Under the pieces are notes generated by a model. That model did not search any database and was not told the origin of the DNA. It worked only from the letters and a program-made list of their open reading frames with translations. A stretch of 64,000 nt of DNA from Macrostomum hystrix (lineage: Eukaryota; Animalia; Platyhelminthes): NCBI GenBank assembly GCA_950097015.1, contig CATNEN010000003.1, positions 1,860,001 through 1,924,000 on the forward strand, written 5' to 3'. Position numbers and translations under genes: made by a program. Below, one piece after another: positions 20,059 through 32,000 of this stretch (the first letter of the stretch is position 1; the number at the start of each line of letters is the position of its first letter).

Positions 20059-23000
20059 TTAGCACTTGTCACCAGAATGGGAGTTGCTAGCGCAGTAAAA
20101 GTGCAGCCTTGAATTCAGCGCTCCGTGCCGTTCTGATGTCCGATTGAATGAGTTCAATAGGAAGGCTGTTACCTTCTGGTAGAGATGCGGTAGTGAAACC
20201 GACATTCTGTGATTGTCGTCGGGATAGGTCTGCGGATGACAATGAGAGTGACAGGCGTGTGTGACAATGAGAGTGACAGGCGTGTGTGACAATGAGAATG
20301 ACATGCGAGTGTGACAATGAGAATGACATGCGAGTGTGACAATGAGAATGACATGCGAGTGGGACAATGAGAATGACATGCGAGTGTGACAATGAGAGTG
20401 ACAGGCGAGTGTGACAATTGAGAGTGACAGGCGAGTGTGACAATTGAGAGTGACAGATCAGTGTGACAATGAGAGTGACAGGCCAGTGTGACAATGAGAA
20501 TGACAGATCAGTGTGGCAATGAGAGTGACAGGCCAGTGTGACAATTGAGAGTGACAGACCAGTGTGATAATGAGAGTGACAGGCGAGTGTAACAATGAGA
20601 GTGATAGGCGAGTGTGACAATTGAGAGTGACAGGCAGTGTGACAATTGAGAGTGACAGGTCAGTGCGACAATCAGAGTGATCAAAGAATTGAAAATAGCG
20701 CTTGTGATGAGATGATTGATAACGGAAATTAAGAGGAAGTTAATGTAAACAAATAAATTTTTTGTTAAACAAAACTTACAAAGAAGTCAAAGTTGACATT
20801 CTCATGAACAAGCACTTTTGCCAACTGAGCACTATGCTGATAATGAACTTTGGCTGCAAATAATAAAGTGCGCTTTGATGAGGTTATTTTGTTAGTGTTC
20901 TTCTTAATCATTAATAAAGCATTAAATGAAAGCAAACTTACTGTCCCCAGTCCCGTGGGCAAGTAAAAGATTTTTATTCCAAAAGTTAACGGCCATTCTT
21001 GAGATATTTGTTCGCTAAAAATCACATTTTAGTTCAGTACGTATTAAGTTTTCTACAAGTTTGATAGCCTACTAATAGTAGAAAAAGTCGCGCATTGCAA
21101 TAAAAATGCAACTTAATCATTAAAAACCTTATAGTTTTCCGAAGTCTCCTCCGATTTAATGCCGAGAAATCGTTCCGTGTAAGCGGAATCTGCGGGTGGA
21201 AAATATTTTTACAGAAAAGCAAGTCAAAAGAAAAAATGTAATTCCTCAAAATGAGATATCGATTAGACACAGGAATCGGAATTAGCAAGCTACAAGTAAC
21301 CTTGCCCAGGTCGGTGTGATCAATAGCAATGCAAAATGCCTGGCGGAAAAATAGAGACGAAAACATTCTTATGTGGTTTTAGACCAGCGATCGAAAGCGA
21401 TCTTCTTTAGTGCTGTCGAAACTGACTAGAAAACATCGAAAATAATTTCACCTTTTTCGTTTTTGTCAAAGATAACTACAAAATTTTATTCAACGGTTTT
21501 CAGGACCTGCCTTTCAATATTCTATTGGGAAAATCATTTTCAGCAGGTATACAAAAGCTGCCAGTCCATTCTGTCACTCTACTGTCTGTCACTCTACTGT
21601 CTGTCACTCTACTGTCTATTTATGTCACTGTACTTTCTATATATGTCACTCCGCCGTCTATTCTGTCACTCCACTGTATATATCTGTCACTCTACTGCAG
21701 GGGTAGGCAAAATTATTTGCTGGCGGGCCAAAGAGAGAAACTAAAATACGACAGCGGGCCGCATTGACTGTATAAATATGAGATAGGGGAGAGATAAGAC
21801 ACGGGAGAGATAAGACACGGGAGAGATAAGACACGGGAGAGATAAGACACGGGAGAGATTAGACACGGGAGAGATGAGACACGGGAGAGATGAGACACGG
21901 GAGAGATAAGACACGGGAGAGATAAGATACGGGAGAGATAAGACACGGGAGAGATAAGACACGGGAGAGATAAGACACGGGAGAGATGAAACAGGACACT
22001 GTAGATGTCAGAAAGGGCAACGGGCCGGATTTGGGAGCTTCGAGGGCCGCATCTGGCCCGCGGGCCGGAGTTTGCCGACCCCTGCTCTACTGTCTATTCT
22101 GCCACTCCTCTGTCTATTATGTCACTCTACTGTCTATTCTGTCACTCTACTGTCTATTATGTCACTCTACTGTCTATTCTGTCACTCAACTGTATATATC
22201 TGTCACTCAACTGTATATATCTGTCACTCTACTGCCTATTCTGTCACTCTACTGCCTATTCTGTCACTCTACTGCCTATTCTGTCACACCATCACACGAA
22301 GCGTGCCCCCTCACCATAGTAATGATAGTCTGTGACTGGAGCCACTGCCACAGCCGTTGCAAAGTAGGTATTGTTTACGTTGTCATGGTGACCAAGCATG
22401 TGCAACGCCAACGCTGCGCCGTGACCCCAGCCCATGGCGGCGATGCTGGATTTGTTGACGTACTGAAGTTCAGCCAGCTGGCCGAGCGAGTCCATCTGGT
22501 CTTCGAGATCCGTTGACGCGAAGCCAGCGTCCCGGATGTCAAAGAGAAACTTTGAGCCGCGATTTCTTGTACCTCTGGAGTCAACGCTGACCGAGATTAT
22601 GAATAGACTGCTGGCTAGGTAGTCCTGCCAGCCTAGACTGAACTTCCGTGTCGCCAGCTGGTCGGTGGGACCCGTGTGACTGCGGGTCGATGGTTACATC
22701 ATCGTGTAATTTAGGGGCCGTTGAAGGATGGAGGGTGCCGATGTGAGCATTTAAGAGTACGAATTGAGGCACTCAGAAAGGTGATACATTTTTAGCCCCA
22801 TTGATACCCTTTTTTGCTGGGTCTAACGCGCTTGCCTCTCGCACCGAGGTTCCTGAGCTCGATTGCGCGGCGAAGCCACATTCATTTGGGGCGCACCCGA
22901 GGAGAGAAGGCTTGGTGGCAAACCTCTAAGGCACATAGAGAGTGTACACTGCCCGACGATGAGAAGATCAGGGCACATGAACACACCCTATGTGTGTATG

Positions 23001-26000
23001 TGCCTGCGTACATTATCTGTGTGAGTTTGTGCTCAGGAGTCAGCGAAATGGGCAGAATTGCCTCCTCGCCGGCTGCAGGTCCAGTGTCACCAAATGATAT
23101 GCCGTTGCCCGCAGCCCTCCAGCATCACAACCCCTCATCACAACACAAAAACTGGGGAGAACATTTAACTTTTGAGTCCAGCAAAAACTAATACAGTTAA
23201 GAAGACTCACATGTGCATTAGCAGCGGATATTGGCTTATGTGAGTCTCGTTTAGCTGTTTGGGAAGCAACAGCTTGGCATTCACAGACAATGGATCTGCT
23301 CTTGATTCTAAAGTTGTCGTATTCCTCAAGTGCAATTGTCGAAACTCCACCCTAGGTAGATTTCGATTGATTAGGCTTTGAGAAAACTGAAGATTATCTT
23401 CGACCATCAGATGGATGGGGTGTTTGTCTGAAATTTGAATATTTTAACAATAGAATGAGCATGAATGAACTATGAATGAAATAGAATGAACTATGACAGA
23501 TTTTTGTGAAAGTCCGACATTTGGATCAAAATTATCCGCCCTGTACGATGAAGTAACTTTCAAAGAGATATTCAGTGATTTTTGTCGAATATCCTGGCGC
23601 TAAGGACAACTAGCATCTGTGGTAGGTAGGGACCGTTGTTATCAGCATCCCAGGCGCCGCCGATGCTCGACTGTCTAGTCTAGAGCATCGGCGGCGATCA
23701 TCGGGACCTTCAACAAAAGCACCCGATCGGCATCTCAAAGACGGCTGCGTTTCCAAAGCTGAAATCGCAAAAAAACTCGTCTGCTCCAGACGGTGTTGAA
23801 GGGAAAGGTCCCTGCGACTGATTGACATAGTTTGTGGAACTAACATGGTTCCATGATGCAATTTTGAGAGCAGAATAATTATGCCTATATTGGCTGTTTT
23901 TGCCACTAAACACACCGACGAGAAATCATTGAACATCTCGACAATGCCGATTTTTTGTGATTCTGGAAGTTGTTGCATCGGATAGAGCAGAAACGTTTAG
24001 ATGGGATGAATATTTTGGGGAGATACTGAAAAAATGTGGCTATTTTAAATGCCCTCGATCGTGGTATTTCAACGATTAAGGATTTATCCCCAATGTAAGG
24101 AGTTGTCGATCGCACTAATCTTTAGCGCTCACCAGCATAGCTGTTCCTTCTAACAAAGTACCTAAAAGGTTCCGGACCGAGGCACTCGTGCAGGAACCAT
24201 TGGTCGGATCTGCTGAATGCCGCCTGGTTGTATTCGCACTGCAGATTCAAATCATTTGAACAGGTGAGACAATTAGCTGCAGCTGCATTCTCTATGGCTG
24301 ATATTCTAAAATTTGAGACAGAAATTAGCCATCGCGTTGAGTAGTTTTCCTTCAAATCGGTCTTTAGCTACCTTTATTCACGAGTCGTGCATCCTTCTAC
24401 TTGAGCAGTCTTCGCAGCTCACCTGTGCACGTGCATCTTAGAGGCATCGGAGCTGTCAGTGTCTGAGTCGCGGCAGGACAAAAAGTAAACAAAACCCGCG
24501 CCAGGGCGTTCCCTTGGTTCGAATCGCATCAGGTCGGACACATCGTAGGTTGATGGTGAAATCCAGCCCACTTGGTTCTGACCTGACACCTGACAGACAG
24601 GTGGGAAAGATAAAAGTATTTTAGGCGAAGTACGAAAAATTCTGGTTTAAAATGTCTGGAATGCCAGATCTCACCCGAATCGATGCGATGCGTAGATATC
24701 CTGAGTTGTGAAGCACAGTCAGCACTCGGCCTGCTCTAGGATCTGGCAGCAAACTGCCAAACTCCATCCATCCAGCTGGCTGATTTGAGCTGAAGAACTG
24801 CCGATTTAAAAGTGCGATTCCGGGTCTTAGTTTTATTTATCGGTTGAGTCACACTTCCCTGGATATCTGGGGTTTACTAATGACCACCACCTCATTCTCT
24901 AGCCTATATAGATCGCCGAATCGGCATCTTACCGTTGGACATCTAGAGCTCCAGAATGTACACTGACCACCACCACCCCATTTTCTATATAGTCTTTATC
25001 GATCGCGTCATTATACTCGTACTACCCTAGATATTTCGGGTTCCGAAATGTACACTGACGACCACCACCCCATTTTCCTACTGACCAATCGGCATCCCGC
25101 AGAAATTCCGCAGAGGCCCAGGTAGCCAAATGTCTGGCTACGATCTAGCCACGCGGCCACCAAGTGAGTTTCATTAAACCAGGTGACTCTGGTCACGTAG
25201 CTCTCGTTTGGCACGCCAGTCGGCTGCTTCAAGGGCACCGCTGCGTCGCCTTTGATGTCGTAGATCCACAGGGTGACAACTGGCAGGCGGGAAGCTTGGC
25301 CGGCTGCCGGATAGCGAATCAAACGGCTTTGAAGGTACATCTCTCCCGGACTGCCGTACCAGGGCATTGAGTAGGATGGCACTGAGCTGTCGTTAAACTG
25401 TAGGTAAGCGATGTAGCCATTGCCCGGAGCGATCCAAAGAGCTTGATCTGTCTGCAGTACTTCCTCTGAAACATTTTCTATAGTTTTTTTAGCGATTCAA
25501 TGTGGGACTAATTGAGAATTCTAGGGATTTTAGATGTCCGATTATAGGTGTCTTAGGCATTGAAAATTTTTTAGAGATTCTTAGAGACTTTTGGAGAGTT
25601 CGTAGAAATTCAGAGACAATTTTTCCCGATTACAGCTTTCCTAGAAAGTCTTACAGCTTTCTTGGAAATTCTTACACATTTCTTAGAAAGTTCTTACGGA
25701 TTTATTAGAAATTCTTACAGATTTCTTAGAAACTCTTTCAGATATTTTAGAAGTTGTTACAGATTTCTTAGAATGTTTTACCAATTTCTAAAAAATGATG
25801 TTTACTGCTTCTTTTAGATGCTTATAAACATTTTCCTTGAATTAATTTTTAATTTCTCGGTTCGTTTAATGATTATTTAGTTAGTGATGTATTTAACCTG
25901 ATTCTCACCTTCATACAGCCAGTCTGTAGCCCCGTAGGACACGGCTGGGTCGCCAGCATTGTTAGTTACTCGGACTGGACTCATCTCAAACGGATTGTCC

Positions 26001-29000
26001 GCATAGTACACATTGCCCCTGTAGACAAAGGCCTGTAATGTTCAGCGGTAGAGTAGTTAAGTAATCGATTAATTACAGAAAATTAGAGTTTTAACAGCTC
26101 ACCAGAAATCTACCGGAGGAACTCCAGCGAACTAGCTGCAGCTTCGGCAGCTTGGAAGTGTCGCAACTGCCATCTGGACAGATGTTGCGCTCGCTAATCG
26201 GCCTGTCAATCCGTTTTTTGTTCATTGGGGTGTGAATTAACTGGAGGGTATACATTTAGAAGGTTGGCTGGCTGGAGGATATAGATGTGTGAAGTCGGCT
26301 GAAGGGCATAGAGGTGTGAAGTTGGCTGTGGGGTATAGAGGTGTGAAGTTGACTGAAGGGTACAGAGGTGTGAAGTTGGCTGTGGGGAATGGATGCGTGA
26401 AGTTGGCTGTGGGGTAAAGAGGTGTGAAGTTGGCTGAAGGGTACAGAGATGTGAAGTTGGCTGTGGGGTATAGAGGTGTGAAGTTGACTGAAGGGTACAG
26501 AGGTGTGAAGTTGAGTGTGGATATAGAGGCGTGAAGTTGACTGAAGGGTACAGAGGTGTGAAGTTGGCTGTGGGGAATGGATGAGTGAAGTTGGCTGTGG
26601 GGTAAAGAGGTGTGAAGTTGGCTGTGGGGAAAAGAGGTGTGAAGTCGGCTGAAGGGTACATAGGTGTAAAGTTGGCTGTGGGGTATAGAGGTGTGAAGTT
26701 GGCTGTGGGGTAAAGAGGTTTGAAAATTAAACGTAGTGCCAAGTAGCTACACCGTAGTGGCGTAAATAATCTTAGGTTATTTAAATAAATTGCACTTTTT
26801 GTTTTTCTTTCTCACCCAACGGAATCGGTCGAGAGCAGGACAGCTTTGTAAATGGCTACAGAAGAATGCAGACCCTTCTGAAATAGATCATTAGTGAGTT
26901 GTTTTAATTACTTTACCTGCTAACGTACATTTTAGAGGGCATAATTAGTCCTACCTGCTCTTTGTCAACTGGTATAAGAACAGTGCTGCAGTCTTCGGAA
27001 GCTGAGAACTCTGAAATCTTCCCCTAGAAGGCATTCGAAGAGTTTGACCGATTTTGATTAAAATTAGCTAGGTAAGTCATTATAGAATGAGTTTTTACCT
27101 CGCTGAATCGATCCTTATTAAGTACTGTTTCTATGACGCTTGTCTGGTTGATAGCGTTAAACGTTGCGCGAACCAGATTTCCACTGGTTGAGTTCAGGTA
27201 GAGCAGAACATCTATTTGAGGTGTTTCAAGGTAAGCATTAATAAATAATTGCACCATAGTTTGTTTAAGCGTAATTCAAACAATTTTTTTGCATTTATAC
27301 AGAATTATTATTTCTACACGCAGAATGTCAGTTAAAAATCAATAGTTTTATCGTAAAAAGATGTCAAAGTACAAAAATGACTTGCTTGGTTCATGCTTGG
27401 TTCCTGAAAAAACAGGTAAGCGCTAATAGTGGTACACAACATTTTCCTTTTGTTTTTCAATCATTTGCTAAAATTTTTAAATAGTTTTGATTTTTCTAAC
27501 TCTGAGCGGATGCATCTAACACTAAATAGATGTGTCTAACACTAAATAGATGTGTCTAACACTAAATAGTTGTGTCTAACACTAAATGGATGTGTCTAAC
27601 ACTGAACTGATGTGTCTAACACTGAACTGATGTGTCTAACAATAAACTGATGTGTCTAACACTAAATGGATGTGTCTAACACTAAATAGATGTGTCTAAC
27701 ACTAAATAGATGTGTCTAACACTAAACTGATGTGTCTAACACTGAACTGATGTGTCTAACACTAAACTGATGTGTCTAACACTAAACTGATGTGTCTAAC
27801 ACTAAACTGATGTGTCTAACACTGAACTGATGTGTCTAACACTAAACTGATGTGTCTAACACTAAACTGATGTGTCTAACACTAAACTGATGTGTCTAAC
27901 ACTAAACTGATGTGTCTAACACTAAACTGATGTGTCTAACACTAAACTGATGTGTCTAACACTGAACTGATGTGTCTAACACTAAACTGATGTGTCTAAC
28001 ACTAAACTGATGTGTCTAACACTGAACTGATGTGTCTAACACTAAACTGATGTGTCTAACACTAAACTGATGTGTCTAACACTAAACTGATGTGTCTAAC
28101 ACTGAACTGATGTGTCTAACACTAAACTGATGTGTCTAACACTAAACTGATGTGTCTAACACTAAACTGATGTGTCTAACACTGAACTGATGTGTCTAAC
28201 ACTAAACTGATGTGTCTAACACTGAACTGATGTGTCTAACACTAAACTGATGTGTCTAACACTGAACTGATGTGTCTAACACTAAACTGATGTGTCTAAC
28301 ACTAAAATGATGTGTCTAACACTAAACTGATGTGTCTAACACTGAACTGATGTGTCTAACACTAAACTGATGTGTCTAACACTAAACTGATGTGTCTAAC
28401 ACTAAACTGATGTGTCTAACACTAAACTGATGTGTCTAACACTGAACTGATGTGTCTAACACTAAACTGATGTGTCTAACACTAAACTGATGTGTCTAAC
28501 ACTAAACTGATGTGTCTAACACTGAACTGATGTGTCTAACACTAAACTGATGTGTCTAACACTAAACTGATGTGTCTAACACTAAACTGATGTGTCTAAC
28601 ACTGAACTGATGTGTCTAACACTAAACTGATGTGTCTAACACTGAACTGATGTGTCTAACACTAAACTGATGTGTCTAACACTGAACTGATGTGTCTAAC
28701 ACTAAACTGATGTGTCTAACACTAAACTGATGTGTCTAACACTAAACTGATGTGTCTAACACTGAACTGATGTGTCTAACACGAAATGAATGTGTCTAAC
28801 ACTAAACTGATGTGTCTAACACGAAATGAATGTGTCTAACCCTATCACTAACACTGTTTTGTTTAAACTGCTACTGCATGAGTATGAATAAATAACGTAT
28901 GTCGATGATCACTGTACAATTTAGTAGGTATAATTGGTAATTCCACACAAAATTCGATAAAGTGTTGATCATGCTTTTAACGAGTAAGGCATAAATATTG

Positions 29001-32000
29001 GGTTTAGTTCTTTAGCTAGACTTAGGACTTTCCTTCACTCCATTGATCTAAAGTGTCTGAAAATGAGGTTTCGTTATTAAGTGTCAGATTAATGTGAATA
29101 ACCAATGCCACCTGACAATAACGGACAGGTTTTGTTAACAAAACCCGCTGCCTACTTCACAATAGCTCCCAAACCTAATTAAATCAACATTTTCTGCCCC
29201 TTCACGACGAACTTTCAGAGCCGTCCGCCGTCAGCATCGTTGAGATGTTCAACGATTCTTGTCGAAGACCCAGGTGACAAGGACATTGCTCTATAGAAAC
29301 CTCTATGGTGAATCCGAAGGGGTATTGACCCTGGTAACGTGTAGAGAGGTGTAAAATATGCCTTTGCTTAACGCGCTACTTAAAACAATGTCACAAGGAA
29401 ACCTCAGCCGTAACGTTTAATCTAATTTTAGAAATGAGTCATGCGCTATTTTTAGAAACAAAGTCATGCGACATGAAACCGGAGAACCGGTTCTCGACAG
29501 CTGTATTTGCTTGAATTCCAAATATGGTAAAACAAATAATTATGACTCATCGGTTTCTGCATCTGCATTTACACAATATTCCAAATATGGTAAAACTCAC
29601 AATGATGACTCACTAAACAAATATGTGTGACCTAAGTAAACACCCGGTAGTAGAACCGGTTTTTCCCCAAAATTTTACTATAAATACAAGCGAAAATCCG
29701 AGCTGAAAATTCAGACTCGGAGCGGTCCACCGGACTTCAAAACATCCTACGAAGAAGAGGACTCATCTCTGAGGGAAAGACAAGTGGTAAGCGCTTTACT
29801 AGACAGAGTAATTTATTGCTAGCAATTGTTCTTGAATTGGACTAAGTTTACGAGAGCCACATATCGTCGATACATTTGAGAAAGGCCTCCTTGTTTCCTA
29901 GGATACATTCCTAGAGGATTATTGATTGATTTGATTTGAGTTATCCGTTATCTTTCGGAGGTAACGAAGAAGACGCCCTTCAGGAGGATGTCATTAGAGA
30001 TATACCAGAGAGACTTCGGTTGTTCACTAGGGCGCACGTTTCTATTGTGAATTCCGAGCTCGAGGAAACCGACAAGCAATCTGATTCGCTCTCGCCATTT
30101 ATTGGCCAACAGACAAACTCAAGCAGCTGCCAGGAAGAAGACAAGACTACAAAGACTCAGGAAACACAGACTCGAAACCTCACGGTCGACCAGAATAAGA
30201 AGAAGAAGAACAAGGACTACAAGGACCCATGCAGAAGACTACATCAGCGGCAAGAGTAACTCAGCAATGACAATATGAAAACTGAATGCTTCGTCATCCG
30301 AACAGAAATTGAGGCAGAATCTAAGTGAGACTTACCGTTTCCTTTGCAGGAGACCCACTGGTACTTCAAAATGCGCAGCCGACCCATCATTGTCATGGCC
30401 TCCGTGAAAGTGATCGGGTCGCCTAGAATCATCTCGCTTTTTTCTGAAAAAAAACGCGTTATGCTTGCGCGGTGAGACTCACATTCGAGTCATCTAACGT
30501 CTAACACCCTTGTCTAATATCTAACACCCTTGTCTAATATCTAACACCCTTGTCTAATATCTAACACCCTTGTCTAATATCTAACACCCTTGTCTAATAT
30601 CTAACACCCTTGTCTAATATCTAATACCCTTGTCTAATATCTAACAGCCTTGTCCAACATCTAACACCCTTGTCTAATATCTAACACCCTTGTCTAATAT
30701 CTAACACCCTTGTCTAATATCTAACACCCTTGTCTAAAACCAAAAAAGCTGTGACATTTACTAGCGTTATTTAGCACATTTCATCCCAATCTACTCTAAA
30801 AATAAATATCTAACACATTGTTTAACGCATTCATCTAGGTTTCTTATAAAACAGTTAACTCGAGTGTTGTAACACAATTTTTGTTTAAAATATACCGGAA
30901 TATATATATATCTGGCACTACTAGTAACAATATACGGAAGACAATTTTTCGATTCATTGAAATCGAAATCGAATTGTTTTTTCGTGATTGCTTTTTTTTA
31001 AAATCTGCACAAGCATGTAAAGTAAAAGTAAAATATCATTTATTAGTAATATCTAACTAGTTAATATTTTTTTTCATTTTAAGGTTTAATTTTACGAAAG
31101 TGTGTATTGTCAACGATGTTTTATTATAAATATTACTGTTACTTGTAATTATTCTCATTACCGTACTGCTTTAAGTACCCCAATACGGGTCGATGTTTGC
31201 ACAAGGGAATTCTTGAGTATTTTAGGGTGCTAGTACCTATGAGAGTACCCTAGAAGGCTTCAGCAAAGGTACTTAAACAGGACTGCACCCACATGATTGA
31301 ATTCTGAACTATATTTTCTTTCTAATTTTTTCAATATGAGAGCCGATGTGTTGAGGAAACCAAGAAATGGAGTACGTACTCAATGTATTTAAGAAAAGTC
31401 TTTTTAAATCCTGCTTTTCAGCGCGATTGGCGAACACACTCCTCAATCTCGAAACCCCTCATTTTTCACACTGTCACTCCTCATTTGTCACTCTCTCTGT
31501 CATTCCTCATTTGCAACTCTTTCTCTGTCACTCCTCATTTGTCACTCTCTCTGTCATTCCTCATTTGCCACTCTTTCTCTGTTACTCCTCATTTGTCACT
31601 CTCTCTCTGTCACTCGTCATTTATCACTCTCTCTCTGTCACTCCTCATTTGTCACTCTCTCTGTCACTCGTCATTTATCAATCTCTCTCTGTCACTCCTC
31701 ATTTGTCACTCTTCTCTATCACTCCTCATTTGTCACTCTTTCTCTGTCACTCCTCATTTGTCACTCTTTCTCTGTCACTTATTTGTCACTCTTTCTCTGT
31801 CACTCCTCATTTGTCACTCTTTCTCTGTCACTCCTCATTTGTCACTCTCTCTGTCACTCCTCATTTGTCACTCTTTCTCTGTCACTCCTCATTTGTCACT
31901 CTTTCTCTGTCACTCCTCATTTGTCACTCTTTCTCTGTCACTCCTCATTTGTCACTCTCTATCTGTCACTCCTCATTTGTCACTCTCTCTGTCACTCCTC

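Noticed and set aside
22948-23056. Hammerhead-like elements (gatgag ... gaaa) in SINE A
   Set aside because: The CUGANGA core is absent and the stems do not give hammerhead topology.
29936-30259. 107-aa ORF on the + strand
   Set aside because: TTG start with an in-frame stop just upstream, no in-frame ATG and no recognisable domain.
29389-30272. Solo LTR bounded by TGTCA...TGACA
   Set aside because: Flanks (aacaa / atatg) do not form a TSD and there is no second copy, PBS or PPT. Not excluded, but unsupported.
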